Shown one piece after another: positions 43,653 to 46,007 of a stretch of 46,007 nucleotides of DNA; position 1 is the first letter of the stretch; each line of letters opens with the position of its first letter. A program made the position numbers and the translations under genes. Below the pieces are notes generated by a model. The model searched no databases and was not told where the DNA came from. It was given only the letters and a program-made list of their open reading frames with translations. The DNA comes from an uncultured Acidobacteriota bacterium. Lineage in GTDB: Bacteria; Acidobacteriota; UBA6911. Location of the stretch: contig CAWHCF010000027.1 in assembly GCA_963827655.1 (NCBI GenBank), forward strand, positions 1 through 46,007, written 5' to 3'.

Positions 43653-44080
43653 GACAGAGCATCGTAACAGATCGCGAAATCCAAGAAATGCCCCAATTAG
43701 CAATTCGCCATCGACAGGGTCAAGGCTGCGTGCGTAACTGCGAGCTTTATCCGAAGCTGTTTGAGGCGTGAGCAGCGCCCTCATCAGGATGCAGGCGGGA
43801 GAATTCGGCAGCCAATCCTTCCTATCCATACGAACCGAGCTGCGTCGTCTTTTCGTGAGACGATTCCGGACTGCTCACTTCAGTGCGGACCGACGAAGCG
43901 AGGTTTGTCAACCTGTCTAGCCAAGCGACCATCGTTGTGCGTCAGCAGCATCCGGCTATACTCGTGCGCTGCCAAATATGCGCCAGAGTAGGTCGGCATC
44001 TAATCGCGAGCGCCTACCATGACTGACGTACGCGGGCCCGGAACATTTTCATCCTTCGTTGCGGTACGAAGGACCATGTC

Positions 44081-46007
44081 TTACTCGTGCCGCAGAGCCG
44101 CCAGCGGATCGATTCGGGACGCTCGCCTTGCCGGCGCATAGCCAGCGAGAATCGCGGCGCTTAGGAGGACGACACCGGCCAGCGCCAGGGTTCCCGGATC
44201 ATTGGGCTGGGTCCCGAACAGAAACGATTTGACAAGCTGGGACGCGCTCAACGCGGCAGGCACGCTGATCGCGAGTCCCACCGCCGCCAGTAGTAGAACG
44301 CGGCGCAGAACCATCCATACCACGGCGCCGCGTTGCGCGCCCAGCGCCATACGGATTCCGATCTCGCCGGTTTGCCGCGCGACGTTGTACGACATCGTTC
44401 CGTAGAGCCCCACGCACGCGATCAGGAGAGCGAGAACCGCGAAACCCGTGCATAGTTTCGCGAACGTGATTTCCCGGCTGATCGTCCGATCGATTTCCGC
44501 TGCCTGTGTGACCACGTTTGTGACGGGTATGCGGGAATCTGCCTCCCGCACGATCTCATGCACACTCTTGACATACCTCAGCGGATCACCCGCAGTGCGC
44601 AGCGCGTAGGTCATTCGGTCCGGAGAAAACTGGCTGACCGCTACGAACACGGTCATTGGATTCTCCTCTTCATTTTTCAGACCACCGTACCGCAGGTTAG
44701 CCGACACGCCGACGATTTCGAGATCGCGCTTCTCGTCCGGGAGCGTGATGCGCCGGCCCACCGGATTCTCGTTCCCGAAGTAAGTCCGCGCCAGCCGCTC
44801 GCTGATCACTGCAACCGGCGTGGAGCCCGGTTGGTCGCGGTCGTCAATCTCACGCCCGGCCAGGATCGGAATCTGCATCGTCGTGAGGAAACGCGGTCCG
44901 GCGGCCAGGACGCGTGCGCCTTCGATGGTAACGGCGCCGATCTTCATGGCCCCCCTGATCGCCTCCCCGGCACGGCCGGCGCTGATGATCGAGGAATGCG
45001 AAAGCGTCGCGCTGCTCACTCCGGGGATCGATTCGAAGCGCTTGCGCAGGTCCGTGTAAAAAGTGGTGATCTCCGGGTCGCGATGCCCGGCCTGGCGCGC
45101 ATTCAACGAGAACAGAAGGATGTTCTCGCGGGCGTATCCCAGTTGGACGGAGTGCAGCTTGTTGAGTGTCCGGACAAACAGACCCGCGGCGACCAGGATG
45201 AGAAAAGAGATCGCGATTTGGGCAACCACCAGAACGTGCTGCGTGCGGCGGCGCGGTCCGCCCCCGCGGCCATTCTTTAGCGCGGGCATGACGTCCGGAC
45301 GCGTCGACTGAATCGCTGGAGCGAGGCCAAATAACAGGCCGCAAACCACTGAGAGCGCCGCCGTCACGCCCAGCACGTTCCAGTTCAATTCCGCGTGCAG
45401 CGTAAAGTTCTCCTGCCCCTTGGAGAACAGAAACGTCAGCGATCGCACGCCCCAGATCGCAAACAAGACCCCTAATGCTCCGCCGAGCGACGCCAGCATC
45501 ACACTCTCGGTAAGCAACTGCCGCACGACGCGGAACCGTCCCGCTCCCAGGCTGAGCCGGACAGCCATTTCGCGGCGTCGCGCGGCGGCCCTTGCCAGCA
45601 GCAGATTGGCGATGTTCGCGCACGTGATCGCCAGGATCAATCCCACCATCGCCAGCAGCACGTACAGAGGCTTGGAATACTGCGCGGCGCAAACTACCCA
45701 GACCGGCGGCGCCGGGATTCAGCATCAGCGCGGGCAGTTTGGCGCGCTCACCGTCGGTCGTCGCGGTGGTGGCAACCCATTGATGGAAACGGGGAGCCAG
45801 CGCTGCCTGCGCCTGGGCCATGCTTACGCCGGGACGCAGGCGGCCCATCATTTCGATCCAATAGAAGTTTCCGTCGCTATACACCCGATCCGTTCCGGCT
45901 CCGTCGACGAGCAGATTCGTGTGCAACGGAAGGTAAATGTCCGGCGCCGCCGCTGGGTCGACTCCAAAGAATTCCGGCGGCGCAACGCCGATCACCGTAG
46001 CAATATG
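44081..46007 (-). pseudogene. ADOP-family permease (5' end outside window), +1 frameshift near 45683
   Basis: IGVAPPEFFG..MGRLRPGVS / QYSKPLYVLLAMVGLILAITCANIANLL..EIGIRMALGA..DPLAALRHE. Confidence 0.88.

Larger units (their letters stand above)
31871..43900. mobile_element. Decayed tRNA-anchored genomic island (right boundary not found)
   Basis: Integrase and Xis adjacent to the tRNA 3' end, followed by IS remnants, a TA pair and many pseudogenes. Confidence 0.65.

Overview
Most likely an Acidobacteriota chromosome segment (PadR plus duplicated-orphan-permease 'ADOP' pairs), probably from an error-prone assembly because several long genes carry single +1 frameshifts. 1-13.8 kb is accessory: three PadR/membrane-protein pairs, DinB, an HCO-subunit-I-like membrane protein, a serine hydrolase and an asparaginase. 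13.9-31.9 kb is a housekeeping block (xseA-xseB-ispA-tlyA-nadK, maf, DciA-like, a beta-propeller protein, rpsO-pnp, larB, dnaG-rpoD, tRNA-Ile2 CAT) with many palindromic and periodic-repeat intergenic elements. It also holds a probable exported selenoprotein (UshA-like, CG-UGA read-through) that the ORF track splits in two. From 31.9 kb a decayed tRNA-anchored island follows: tyrosine integrase, Xis, DUF6088 remnant, TetR plus methyltransferase, IS91-family transposase, helicase remnant, DUF433/DUF5615 toxin-antitoxin pair and an integrase-core IS remnant, then another ADOP. The most unusual structure is a 95-bp direct repeat joining an IS91/ISCR oriIS-like end to a XerC/D dif-like site. Its two copies bracket about 2.1 kb of cargo that includes an integron-type attC cassette. 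All family calls are by motif recognition; no searches were run.
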